Assembly (NCBI GenBank): GCA_004431415.1
Contig: QPMI01000469.1
Coordinates: forward strand, 224,259 to 288,258
Length of the DNA: 64,000 nt
From: Cyanophora paradoxa CCMP329
Taxonomy: Eukaryota; Plantae; Glaucophyta
Direction: 5' to 3'
In this document: piece after piece, positions 22,563 through 35,300 of the stretch
Layout: each line of letters opens with the position of its first letter
Position numbering within the stretch: the first letter of the stretch is position 1
Program-made: the position numbers and the translations under genes
Notes under the pieces: model-generated
Seen by the model: the letters and a program-made list of their open reading frames with translations, nothing else
Databases searched by the model: none
What the model was told of the DNA's origin: nothing

Positions 22563-23821
22563 ATGAGGTCATTAGGGACACGGCGTTCAAAGGACTTCCA
22601 CGGAATTGCTCTGGTGTCTCCTATAGTCCCGAATGCGACACAGGAACTGCCAGCTCGAGCGATTCGGAGGCGTGCAGAAGTGAGGAGCCCCAGCGCAGCG
22701 CCGACGCTCGTGTTTGGAGCATCCAGACCGCCGGACGATGGTGTCCCCGCGGATTCGGTTGAGCAGATCGACTCTTGGTTCGCCGACGAGGTGCTGAGCC
22801 GTCATTCCTCGATCTGCTCTGTCGCCGCCCGCAACTCACATCTGCGACTCATGCAGGAGATGATGGAGTTCGCGAGGCACTTGGGCATCGGTGCGCGGCG
22901 CGCACTGCGGCTCCTCGCGCAGGCGCCAGTCCGCTGCGTGCTCTGACCGGGGAGGCGGGGGCGGGGGCAGACCCAGAGACGGAGGGCCACCTGATGCATC
23001 TGGCGCTGGAGGCCTGGGAGGCCCCTGTGCCCGAGCCCTGGCTCGAGGTGCGCCCCGGCCCGCCCCGGCCCCTGCGCCGACGCCTCCACCCACACGCCGC
23101 CTCCGCGCGCCAGATCGACGACGGGCAGGGGCGCATCTACTTCTACAACGAGGAGACCGACGTGAGCCAGTGGGAGCACCCGCTCGGTGCGCCCGGCAGC
23201 TCGCCCTGTCACTCCCTGCCACCCGCACGATCGCCGCTGCCCTGCGTCCCTCGCGGCGGCGCCTGGGCCGACGGGGCGGCGCAGACAAGCACTACGCGGC
23301 GATGGTGGCGCGTATGAAGGAGGAGGGGGCGGCGCAGCGCGTGCGGGCGCGGCGACGGGGCAGCACCGCGTGGGCCGACGACAGCCTCGCTCCCCGCGAG
23401 GAGGTCTCGCCCCCCGAGCGGCCGGCGCCCGCCCACCCCGCCTCCTTCTGCGCCGGGCCCGAGTCCTTCTCCCCCTCGGGCGTGCGCCACTTCGCGCCGC
23501 GCGCGCCGCGCCGCTGGGGCGCCTCTGACGGGGCGGGCGCAGGCGTGGTCGCCGCTGCCGACGTCGCCGTCGGTGGCGGGGTGGACGGTGGAGTCGGAGG
23601 GGAGCGGCCTGGCGGCGACCCCGTGCCCGACCCTCTCCTCCGCCTCCCGCTCCTCGACGCCCTCGCTGCCCTCGCGGCGCGCCAGCAGCCGGTGCCCCTC
23701 GCCCAGCCCCGTCTCCTCGCTGGCCCAGCGGATCGCCGCGCTGGGGGCCCTCGACGCCCGCCGCTCCGCCTCCTTCGCCGGCCCCTCTCTCACCTTCACA
23801 GAACTCGCCCTCCCCCAGTGA
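22563..23821 (+). CDS. CEP164 N-terminal-like WW-domain protein, paralog 4
   Basis: IDSWFADE|EMMEFARHLGI|DPETEGHLMHLALEAWEAPVPEPWLE|IDDGQGRIYFYNEETDVSQWEHPL|DKHYAAMVARMKEE. Followed by a Ser/Pro-rich tail. Confidence 0.8.
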
Positions 23822-24025
23822 CCCCGCCCCCTCCCCCCCAACGGCCAACGCCGCAACTTTGGCCCCCTTTTTCAGTCCGCAGCTGCAGTTGCCCATGCAC
23901 GTGCATAATGTTTCAATGAACAGCAGACTAGCTCAGTGAAACCCATTGCGAAATAAACACCCCTCGAGCGGAGGCCGCTATCGCTGCGCCGTCGCCCCTG
24001 TTGCACTCTGGATAGCCCTAATGTG

Positions 24026-27000
24026 TCACTCCTTCGCCTCCCCGTCAGCTGGCGCCTCTGCCGGAGGGGCGTCGGGTCCAGGCTCAACCGCTGCCTCCGC
24101 TGCGGGAGCCACCGCCGCATCCGCTTCCGCCTCGACCGCCGGTGCAGACTCGGCTGGCGCCTCAGCCGCCGGCTCAGCGGGAGCATCTGCCGGCGGAGCC
24201 TCTGCCGCTGGCTCGGATGCCGCTGGCTCGGCAGAAGGCTCTGCTGGTGCTTCGGCCACTGCAGGCGCGTCCGGCTCGGCTGCTGCTGCTGCAGCCTCTG
24301 CAGCGGCCTCGGCAGGCGCAGTGTCGGCGGCTCCTACCGCTGCTGCCGGCTCCTCATCTTTCCCTGCCTCGGCCTCCACCGCCGCCTCAGCTGCCTCCGT
24401 CGCAGCCGGGGCTTCCGCCGCCTCCGCGGCCGCTGCATCTTCTGCGGGTGCACTCGCCGGCGCAGCTTCGGCGTCTGGCTCTGCCGCAGGCTGCTCTGCC
24501 GCAGGCTGCTCTGGCGCTGGTGCATCCGCTGCTGCTGCCTCGGAAGCCTCCGCTGGCGCTGCAGCCGGGGCCTCGGCTGGCGCTGCCACCGCCGCCGCCT
24601 CTTCAGAGGCGTCCGCCGCCGCCGCCTCGGCAGCCGCCTCTGCCGCAGGCTCCTCCTTCGCCTCTCCCGCGGCCTCAGCCGCAGCGGCTTCTGCAGGGGG
24701 CTCGGGGGCTGCGGACTCTGCAGGGGCCTCGGCCGCCGATTCCGCTTCCGGAGGAACGGCAGCGGCCTCCGCCGCCTCCGCTTCCGCTGCAGCCTCGGGC
24801 GCTGATGTCGGCGCCGGCTCGGCTGCTGCTTCGCCCGCAACATCATTTGCGGCTTCTGCGGGAGGCTCCCCCGCTGCGGCCTCTGTCGGCGCGTCTGTCG
24901 CAGGGGGCTCCGCAGCGGGCTCTGCGGGGGTCTCGGCCGGCGCCGCCTCTGCCGGGGCAGGGGCGGGGGCCGGCTCGGCCGCAGCGCGGTCGGTGGGCGG
25001 CTCGACGGGGGCGGGCTCCTCGGGTGCCGGGGCGCCCTGCAGGCCGGCCTCCTCTTCGAGGGCGACGTCGGCCTCCGCGGGGCCTCGGGCGCCGCGGCGG
25101 GGCTTCGGGGGCGGCCACGGGGGCGCCGAAGGCGGCGGCCGAGCCGGCGGCGATGGCTTCCAGCACGAGGCCCGCACCGCCCCCGCAAGCTCCGCCTCCT
25201 CCCCGCTGACAGCCCCCCTCCGCCTCTTCCTGCCCCCCACCGCCCCTGCCGCCGGCTCCGCCTTCGCCGCCGGCTTCGCCTTGGCCCCCGCCGCCGCCGC
25301 CTCCTCCTTCTTCGCCGCCGCCGCCGCGTCCGCCTCCGCCTGGACGGCCAGCGTCGGCCCCGCCCCGCCCCGCCAGCACGGGCGCCCCGGGCGGCAGACC
25401 TTCTTCTTGGCGGCCGCCTCGGCGTCGGCCTTCTTCTTCGCAGCCGCCTCCTCCGCCTTCTTCTTGGCCGCCGCCTCCGCCTCCGCGTCGGCCTTCTTCT
25501 TCGCCTCGGCCGCCTCCTCCGCCTTCTTCTTCGCCTCGGCCGCCTTGCGCTTGCGCTCCTCGTCGGCCTTCTTGCGCTCCTCGTCGGCGCGCTTCTTGGC
25601 CGCCGCCTCCTCCTCGGCCTTCTTGCGGTCCGCCTCGGCCTTCTCCGCCTTCTTGCGGTCCGCGTCCGCCTTGCGCCGCTCCGCCTCCTCCTTGCGCCGC
25701 CGCTCCTCCTCCGCCTTCTTCCGCTTCTCCGCCCGCTGCGCGCCGCGGAGCGTGGGCGGAGGGGCGGGGCGGGAGTGCGGGGCGGGGCGGACGGCGGCGG
25801 CGGCGCGCTCGGCGGCGTGGACGGCGGCGGTCATGGCGGCCTCGTCGTCGGGGAGGTCCAGCGCCGCCTTCACAGCCAGGCCCACCGCCCGCTCCACCTC
25901 CCCCGCACCCCTCCTGCGCCCCCCGCGCCCCCGCCCTCGGCCCCGCCCGGCGCTCCCGGCCCAGCGCGCCTCGCGGGGCGGCGGGGCACCTCGAGGGTGG
26001 CCTCCTTGCGGGGGGCCCCCTTCTCCTGCCGCGGCCCCGGCGCCGCCGGCTTCGTCTCCTTCGGGGCGGCACGGGCTTCCGCGGGGCCGGCCCAGGCCCC
26101 CCGCCGCCTTCTCCTTCGCCGGCGGCTTGGGGCCCCACGAGGAGGGCGGCGCCCTTGGCGGGGCGCTCGGCGGGGGCCGGGGCCGGGCGGGTGCGGGGGC
26201 GGGGGCGGCGGGGCCGCGATCGCCGAAGAGGATCTCGCTGGGGGAGACCTCGCCCTCCACCATTTGCCTGCGCCCGCCCGCCCCTCGGGCCCGCGCACCC
26301 CGCAGCCCCGGCCCGGCCCCGCCGCCCGCACCGGAAGAGCGCCTCGTCGGGCGTGAAGCTCTCGCGCACCCCGTGGCCCCGCTCCCCTGCCGGCCCCGCC
26401 CCGGAGCCCTCGCCCATCGGCGGCAGCTGCCGCGGCCTGCGCCCCGCCCCGTCGGGCCCCGGGTTTGGGCGGGGCGGGCCGGGGCCGGGGCGGGCCTGTT
26501 TTTCGGGGGGTAGATGCAGAGGCGGCGCATGTAGGCGCGGCTCTTCTGGAAGTCGCTGTCGAGCTGGGTGGCCGTGATGGACGGCTTCACGCTCTGGATG
26601 CGGTGCAGGATCCCGAGGTTCTCGTCCGCGATCTTCTGCAGCTTTCTCCGCCGCGTCGCCTGGGGCCGGCGGCCGTCGGCGGGGGCGGCGGGGCCGGGGC
26701 GCGCGGAGGGCGGGACCTCGTTGAGGGACTTGAGGCGGAAGGGGTGCGTCTTCGGCGACGACGTGTGGCTCGCGATCTCCCATAGCCTGCCCCCCGCCAC
26801 CCAAGTCAGCCCCCCCGCACCCGACACCGCCCCCGCCCAGGCCTTCCGCGCAGCCCCTCCCCGCGAAAGCGGGCCCGGCCCCCAGCCCGCCCTCTCGCAG
26901 CCCCCGCCCGAAACCGCACACCTGTCGACGAGAAGTTTGTTCTCACGGTCTATCTGCGACATGCGCTCTGCGCCGCGGGCATGCAGTCGTCAGCGTCGCG

Positions 27001-27288
27001 GCGGGGCACAGCTTAGCCGCCACGTGCGGGACGCCGCCGGAACGCAGGGCGGCACATGGGCGCATCGCAGAAGCTCTAGCTAAGGGCGCAGCGCAGAGGC
27101 TCTAACGCGGGGCGGCACTGGGACGCACCCGCCCGGATGTAATCGCGTTTCGATGCCTTTGCCGGGGCTGTGGGCTGCTTCGCGGCCTGCATCCGCGCTC
27201 GATGCTCTCGCCATGCTTCGCCCTCGGGAATAGCATTCCTCTCGACGGGAGCGATAGGGGGGAACATCGGACTGCTGCTCGACGCCAT
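24026..27288 (-). CDS. CFAP97/Hemingway (KIAA1430-domain) flagellar protein with long Ala/Glu/Lys/Pro-rich tail
   Basis: EHRARMQAAK...MSQIDRENKLLVDR|LWEIAS...KSLNE|ATRRRKLQKIADENLGILHRIQSVKPSITATQLDSDFQKSRAYMRRLC matches the CFAP97D pattern. KKAEEAAAK coiled coil and AEPAAE repeats follow. Confidence 0.8.
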
Positions 27289-27453
27289 TTCCTCCACGCG
27301 CTAAGGAAAGCTCGTGCTGCAAGCGGTGTAACGTTGTTAATTCTGTCACGAAGAAGCTACTGCCGCATCCGTAGTGCGGCTAGGAAAGAAGGGCTTTTTT
27401 TACAGTGGTTTGGGGTACACGTTGGCCGAGTTTGCAACATCGACAACCCCACC

Positions 27454-28144
27454 ATGGCACAGTCACCCGAGGCGGAGGCGATCATCCGGCAGTTCCAATC
27501 CATGCGGTCGGACTGCGCTGCATTGGCGCAGAAAATTGGGTCCGCTCGCCCCGCCCGCCCAAACATCCCTTCTGACGCTAGCGCAGCGAAATGGAGATGG
27601 AGAAGAACGAGCACAAGTGAGCCGCCTCGTCGGATGGTCGCGCCGCGGCGTCCGGACTGACGCGTCGCTTGCGCATTCTCAGCCTGGTCATTGGCGCAAT
27701 AAAAGACATGGAACCGGGCCGGAAGTGTTTCCGAATGATCGGCGGCGTGCTGATAGAGCGGACAGTTGGCGAGGTTTTGCCCGCAGTGGAGAAGAACAGG
27801 GAGGGGGTGCGCTCCGCTGCCATCCCGGCGCCCCGTATCCGCTCTAGCGAGCGCGGCGCTCATAGCTATTCGTTCGCATCGCGTGCGGCCGCCGCGCTAG
27901 CCCAACGCCCGCGGCCGCAGATTGAGGCTGTGATCAAGCAGCTCGGCGAGCAGCTTACGAAGAAGGAGCAGGAGCTTATCGCTTTCCAGACCAAGTGTAC
28001 GCGTCCCCGCCGAACCCGGCTTCGGTTCGCGACGCTCACTTCCAGTCGCCCGCAGACAAGATCCGCATCCAGGGGCAGGCCGAGCAGCAAGGAAAGGCGC
28101 AGGCGTCGGAAAGGAAAGAGGGAGGCTCGGGCGTACTTGTATAG
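27454..28144 (+). CDS. PFDN2: Prefoldin subunit 2
   Basis: MAQSPEAEAIIRQFQSMRSDCAALAQKIG|EMEMEKNEH|NLVIGAIKDMEPGRKCFRMIGGVLIERTVGEVLPAVEKNREG|IEAVIKQLGEQLTKKEQELIAFQTK|YKIRIQG...GSGVLV*. Confidence 0.95.
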
Positions 28145-29826
28145 GCGCTGTTTTTGTCGAAAACAACTTTCTTAGGCATTTCCAACGCCCATGCGCGTGG
28201 GGAGCGGAACTGGGAGCGAGTGCATGCGCCGGCGGCGCGAGCCTGGCATAGGGGCGAGCCTTTGCGCTCTGCTCTCGCTCTACGGGAACAGGGGCAGCCG
28301 CAGCGCGGGTCTACTTGTCGCGCGCAGCTACTGGGTCCCCGGGGGGGGGCGCTGTCCCTACAAGGCGCTAAGCTGCGGGTGTCGCGGAAACGCTTTTCGC
28401 AGCAGAGCCCGCTGACGGGGGGTGAGCGGTCCCCCTACTGATCGATGACGGAGGCGGCCGGCTGGGTGGCGGCCGGGTCGGGGGCACCGCGGCTGGCCAT
28501 GGCCGGGTCGTGGCTAGCGCTATGGGAAACCGGAGCGCTAGCAGCATGCGCAGTAGCTGCTGCGGCGGCCACGCGCACGGCGGCGGCGTACTCGGCCGCC
28601 GTCGGCGACGCCAGGCCCAGGGCGGCCAATCGGAGGGGCTTCAGCCGGCGCCCCGCGTCCACGCCGGAGATCAACCGCAGGAAGATGTTCCTGCGGATGC
28701 AAGCGACAAAAGGCGCCACAGTGCCAAGTGGAAAGTGCCTCCGCGGGTACCCCTCGCGAGGTTCATCGCGGCTGCGACCCCCATTATCGATATCGTGGCC
28801 GCGACTCCCTCATGATAGGCGTACCCCACTCTCCCAGTTGTAGCGGGTCATTGAGCGGGTCGCACCTTCAACAGCGCTCGAACGCTGAGGTCGTACCTAT
28901 CGTGGCATCTCCGATACGCTGCGTGACCTCCGATGTCCGCACCCGCGTCCGCCCCAGATCATCGCGCCCGCGCTCCGGCGGGGCTCACATGCGAACCCGC
29001 TCGCCCACTGCCGGAGGAAGTGGTGCGGCTCCTCGCCGAGGGAAAGGATGTCGCCCCGGGCGAGCTTGCGAGCAACCTGACCAACCTGGCGTCCCAGGCG
29101 AGCCACCAAGCGAACGAGCGAGCGCGCGCTCGCTCTCACACCCGCGCCCCGTCCGCAGAACCCGCACCTGCGCGACGGTGATGAGAGCGCCCGCGCGCAC
29201 CTTCGCCAGCCCTGAACCAACCGCACTCCCGCACCCCGCAGCGGCGCTCGCCATCGCAGCGGCGCTCGCCATCGCGCAGATGCAGTCGAAGACGGATTCA
29301 CGCAGACGAGAGAACGGGGCGCGACGGCAGCGGGCAATGGACAAACGCCACGGCCGACGCGCCGCGCTCCGAGCGATCTATTCTCCGCGCACCGCTTTCG
29401 ACTCCCGTGGACCGATCACGCGTCGCGTCGGCGTTCATCTTTCCAGCCTGCTCGCGCGCTGCGTCCGAGTTCATCTTTCCCGGCGGTGGAGGGACAGTTC
29501 GCAACGGTTTTCGTCCAGGACACCGTACCCCTGTAATAAAACACCCCCCCCGCACTGCAGAGTGCGAAGTGCGATGGCCTCCACTCGGGTCATCCGCGGG
29601 TGGCTGTTCACGCCGTCCCAGCTGGACTTGAGTCAGCTGCAGAGGCACCCTCAATCCGAAATATAAATTACCGGACTAGAACGAGCCCCCCGCTGCTACC
29701 ATATCCAAGGCCACGGCCGCGGGTCCATGCACGTCGAAGAAAATCATTTTGTACAATACTAGGAAATCTTTACAGGGTTCGAGAAAGCAGAGCGGGGCCC
29801 CCAGGCGGGGTTGGGGGCGGGGGGGC

Positions 29827-31758
29827 CTAGAGGAGCGGGGCGGCGGCGACGGCGGCGGCCTCGGCCTCGGCGGCGTCGGCCTCGGGGGCGAGGTCGGCGT
29901 CCCACTCGAGCTCGTCGGCCTCGGTGTTGTAGTGGAGGCGCTCCTCGGCGAGGCGGCACTCCGAGACGTCGAGCTGGCGCAGGATCCCCTGCCCGCTCCC
30001 CTCCTCCGCCTCCGTCGGCACCGGCTCCTCCGTCCCCACCGCCTGCTCCTCGCTCCCTGCCCGCCCGCCCCGTCGGCCCCGCGCCGGGCGGCGGGGGCGG
30101 GGGCGGCGGACCCTTGGGGAGGGGGATGGCGTCCTTCTGGGGGATGGCCACCTTGGAGAGGACGTCGGGCTGCGCGGCCGCCTCGGCGGGGGCGGCCTCG
30201 GCGGGGGCGGGGGCCTCGGCGAGGACGGCCTGGAAGTCGGCGAGGGTGGCGGCCTCGGTGGCCGTCGCCGAGACGACCTCGGCGAGCCACGCCCGCGCCA
30301 GCTCCGGCGCCCGCATCAGCGCCGCCGCCTCCCCCTCCCCCAGCGACCCGTCCTTGTCCTGCCCGCCCCCGCCCCGCTCGCCCCTCGCCCCGCGCGGCCG
30401 GCGGGCGGGCGGGGCGGGGCGGGGCGGTGCGGACGCTGTCAAGGGCCGCGAAGAGGTCGGCCGGCTTGAGGGCGCCGTCGGCGTCGGGGTCGAGGCTTGA
30501 GAGCTGCTCCTTGAAGGCCGCCGCCTCCCCCGGCGCCACCATGAACGCCGTCTGCCAGGAACTGCGCCCCGCCCCCTCGCCCCCGCGCCCCCGGCGAGGC
30601 GGGTGGGGGAGGCGGGGTGCGGGCCTGGAGAAGCTCTTGTCGGGGGCCTCGAAGGAGGAGGCGAGGGAGACGGTGAGGCCCTTGCCCTCCTCCCCGAGGT
30701 CCGCCTCCTCCGCCTTCACCGTCAGCTGCCCCGGCACCACCTTGTCCGTCGCCTGCGCCCCGCCCCGCCCCGCCTCGGCCCCGGCCCGGGGCGGGGCGGG
30801 CGGGGCGGGGCGGGGCGGGCCTCGGCGAGGGAGAGGGCGCCGTCGTTGTCGGCGTCGGCGAGCTGCACGAGGTTCTTGGCGACCTCCTCCGCGCTCAGCG
30901 CCGCCACCGGCACCGACGCCTGCCCCGCCCCCGCGCCCCCGTCACCGCCCCGCACCCCCCCCACCCCGCCCCCGCCCGCCCGCACGGTCATGATCCCGAT
31001 CGGCTGCGCGGCCGGCCCGTGAGCCGGCGCGGCGCGCGGGCGAGGGCCAGGGGGGCCCCTCGCACCATGTCGAAGCCGGCGAAGGGGTCGGCGAAGGGCT
31101 CCGAGACGGCCTTGTCAAGTTCGCTGATGCCGCCTGCACGGCCGTCAGGCGCGCCCAGCGGCGCACTAGGCGACCAGGCAAGGCAAAATGAACTGTACGA
31201 ACGTTGCAAATAGTCGGAAAAGTCCGTAATGGAGTCGAGGGCGGCGCCTGCGCGGCCCCCGTCGGCGCGCGCGGCGCGGCGGCGCGGTCGACCGGTCACG
31301 CACCGACGGGAGCGCCCAGCGCGGCCATGAGGCCGTCCATGAGGACGAGCGGGTCGACGGGGACCACGAGGACGACCTGCGGCAGCGTCGGCCGACCTGT
31401 CACGCGCCGCTCGGCGCGCCGCTCACCGGAACCGCCGGCGACGCCGTCTCGAGCGCCTCGGGCTCCTCGATGATCGGGGGCTCCGCTGTGTCCGCGGGCT
31501 CGACCAGAGGCGGCTCGGCCGCATCCTCGCCCAGAGCGGCCGCCTTCACGAGCGGCGCATCGGACACCAGGCCGGTCAGCTTCTGCTCGGACCACGATCA
31601 GTTCACCCTGGAAGCATGCGGTGCAGGTCGCCGGGCCGCCCGAGCCTGACCTGCCAGAAGCTGGGGTTTGCCGCGCTCGGAAGGTTGAGCGGCGCGACAA
31701 AGCCCTTGAGAGCTGGCGCCTGGACCCGCTCCTGGTCCTTCGAGGCCTGAAGCGACAT
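29827..31758 (-). CDS. Acidic EF-hand-like protein (multi-exon)
   Basis: EF-hand-like loops ADADNDGALSLAE, LDPDADGALKPAD and LDS|DKDGSLGEGE. Consistent chain of exons; start approximate. Confidence 0.6.
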
Positions 31759-32329
31759 CTGCGGGCAGGAGGGCCAGCGACCATCGCTCATTCGGAGCCG
31801 CTGGAGAGCGCAGGGCGGACGACGACGAGACGACAACAGCGTCTCTGCCAAGCTCTAGATACTACCGCAACGTATCGCCGCAGTCTGCTGGGCGAGGGCG
31901 GGGGGGCGGATCTAGAACTTCCGACGCCCGTGTTCGCTCCGGGCTGGTAAGTAGCAAGCTCCTGTAGCTAAACACACTGAATCCGCTCTTTAGAGCCTCT
32001 CACAACGACCCGAGCGAGTAGTCGGGTCCTAGTACCGGATGCGGTCCTAGCTGGCGGTCGCGGTCCGCTAGGGGCGGGTGATCTGCGCACCTCGAGCGCG
32101 AGCTTTATGTACGACCGGAAACGCCGGAGTTGCGAGACTTCCACCAACTGAGGGGGGGAAGAAGCTACTGGGGGTATTGGTAGCTCCAGCTCTGCCGCGA
32201 GAAACGTAGGCCGCGCGCGCCTGTAGGCTCGTAAGCGGAGCTGATCCGCCTTGGAGCTGTCGCGACCCGCATTTCGGCGGCGTTTTCGACAGCGCCTAGC
32301 GGTCAGCGGCAGCGCATTTTCGCTTCAAC

Positions 32330-35300
32330 ATGGCCGGCGGTGTGGATGTCGCAGCGTTTCTAGGAGCGCTCAAAGAGGAGACTTGCTGCGTGCTGAACAC
32401 TGTGGACGATGAGGACTTGAAAGAGGTGACAATTGCCAGCGCGGGAGGACGCCGGCGCTGAACGCTCTCCTCGGCGCCCTTAGCGCTCCGATATCCGCGC
32501 ACGGGCCTAACTGTACCTATATACGTCGCTTAGCTCCCCCGCGTAGACCAGGGGCGGCTGACCGCATTCGCCTCCAGATCTTCATGCTCGCGCTCCACGA
32601 TGGCCCTGCATTCGTCCGGTTTCTGAACGAACTTGTCATGTTTCAGGTACCACGTCGCGTCTGCTCCCGCCGCTCTAATGACTCACGCGCTCCATGTTCA
32701 GGAGGCCGTCGGGAGGTTCGCGCGGCAACGCCCGCGATGCGGGTTGCCTCTGACGCGGGCGCAGCGTGGACCCGAGCAATGTTAAGCACCTGGCGCTGAA
32801 GCTGCACCAGGACAATGGGGACCTGCAGCGTGCCATCACGCGCTACGTGACGATGGACGAGGAGGACCAGCAGCGGGAGCTGGAGCCCGACCTGCCCCAG
32901 TACCAGAACCAGCAGGCCCCGCCGAACGGGCGCCAGCCGCAGGCGGCGCAGCAGGCGGCGCAGCCGGGGCAGGCGGCGAGGGGCGAGGGGCCGGGCTCGG
33001 GCTCCAAGCGGAAGGCGCCGGAGGAGGACGGGTCGGACTCGGACCTCGAGGTCGTGGAGGTCAAGTGCAAGCCCGGCGCCAAGATCGACTCCAGCGTCCC
33101 CCACGCCCGGTGCCGCCCCACCCGCCCCTGCAGCCGCCCGACGCCCTGACCGGCGGCAGGTGCCACTGCTCGACGCACCCGATGGAACAGAACTCTCCGC
33201 CGGAGATCTGCCGCGCCTTCTGCGCGAACTGCTGTGCGCGGGGCGCGGGGCGGGGCGGGGCGGGGCGGGGCGGCGGGTGCCGACGGGCGGTTCGCAGACT
33301 GCTACGTGTGCGACGTGAAGGCCTCCGAGTGCGCCGAGTGGGACGACCACTGCTGCGGTCCGCCGCGCCCCGCCCCGCCGGCTGCGGAGAGGGCCCGAGG
33401 CGAGGGGCGGCAGCGTGGGACCGGGACATCGCCTGGAAGAAGAGGCGGGAGGCCTTCCGGGGGGGGCCAAGCCGCGCCTCGCCCTCCGAGGCCCCCGCCC
33501 CCGATCCCCCCGCCCCCGCCCGCGCCCCCGCGCCCCCGGCGCCGCCCGCCTCCAGCTCTGCCGCTGCTGCCGGCCCCTCCTCCTCCGCCTCCGCCTCCGC
33601 ACCCGCATCCGCTTCCTCCTCCTCGGCGCCCGCCTCGTCCTCCTCCTCGGCGGCGGCGGCGCGGGCGTCGGGCGGGGCGCCCGGCCCGTCGGGTTCGGGG
33701 GGGACGAGGCGGGCAGAGCTGGAGGGGCGGGCGGTGGCGCAGCTGCGGGAGGCGCACAGGGAGATCGTCGCCCTCTTCGGCCTCGACCCGATGACCCAGC
33801 TCGCCCCGCCCCCGCACCTCGCCCCCGCCGCCCCCCACGGCTGGCCCCAGGCGCCGCACCCGCTGCCCCAGATGGGGCACGCGGGGCCGCACGCCGCGCA
33901 GTTCGCGGCGCTGCACGGGCAGATGGCGGCGGCGCACGCCGCCGCCGCCGGCCGGGGCGGGGCCACGGACACGCCCCCACCCCTTCCACGGCGCGCCCGT
34001 GCCCGGGGCCGTCCCCGTGCACGTGCACGCCGCGCCGCCCGCGCCGGCCCTCAACCGCTGGGTCCGCATCGACGGGACCGCCGAGGCGCGCCGCGCAGCG
34101 CCGCCCCGTCGCCGCCCGCGGCCGCCGACCGCCTCGCAGGTCGTTGTCGAGGTGCCGGCAGCTGCTCCGTCACCCCCAGCGGAGGCGGCGCACGCCAGCC
34201 CCTTCAGCCTCTACCAGTGGGCCGGCGCCAACGCCCCCGCGGTGCGCCGGGCCCGCCGCCTCGCTGGCCCCGCGCTGAGGCGGGGCAGGCGGGGGAGAAC
34301 GCGCAGCTGCGCGCCCTCGTCGAGCTCGTCGGGGCCGACCCGCCGCAGCACGCCGTGCGCGCCACCCGCCCCAACGCACCCGCCGCCCGCCGCCCGACGC
34401 CCCGCGAACACAGCAGCCGGGCGAGGGGAGCTTCCGGGTGACGTGCGAGGCGGTGACGCAGCGCCCGCCGGCCTCCGTCGCCTACCGCTACCAGGCGCGC
34501 CCCGCGGCGGCGGCCGGCCGAGGGGGCGGGGGTGACGGCGCGCAGGTCGAAGTGCACCGGGAGCGCATGCGGCAGCGGACGGGGCCCGGGGACGGCATCT
34601 GGCTCGCCGCCCTCGGCGAGGTCCTCCGCAGCGTCGCCCAGCGGCAGCGCGTGAGCGGCGCCTGGACGGCCGCCCAGGGCGAGGCCTTCGAGCGCGTCCT
34701 CGGCGCGCCCCGCGGCTGGGCGCCGCCCCCGGCCCCCGGCGTCAGCGCCGCCCAGCTCCTCGACGGAAGCCGCATCGGTCAGTTCGAGGCGGCCGCCCCG
34801 CAGCCGCCGCGCGAGCTGCTGCGCTCGCCGCTCGCCCCCGGCGAGCTCCGCACGCTGGCGCGCCTGCTGGCGGCGGAGGCGCGGGATGGGCCGGGCCTGC
34901 GGGGGGGCCTCTGGGCGCGCTTCCCCTGCGACGGGGGCGCGCGGCAGCTGCTGTGGAGCCCCGCCCTCGAGCACGTCGCCCTTTCCGACCAGCTCCCGCC
35001 CCCGGCCCGCGGCGGCATCCTCTCCCACGGCGTCGACATCTCCGTTTCTCAGCCCTCGGGCGCCTTCCACGGTGCCGGCCGCCGGCCTCCCCCGCGCCTC
35101 TGCCGCCGCCGACGGGGCCGGCGGGGGGCCGCAGAGATGATGACGGCGCTGCTCGCCCTCGTCGCCCTCGACCGCAGCGCCCCGCGTCCGCCCCACCCCC
35201 CGCCCCCCGCCCCCCCGCGGCGAGCCCCGGGGGCAGCGCCGCAGGGGTCCGGTGGCGGGGTGGCGCTGCGGGCGACGCTCATAGTCTGCCCCAAGCACTT

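Noticed and set aside
28435-29650. Possible small gene between PFDN2 and the EF-hand gene (e.g. EEVVRLLAEGKDVAPGELASNLTNLASQ on +)
   Set aside because: I could not build a consistent exon chain or recognise a family on either strand.
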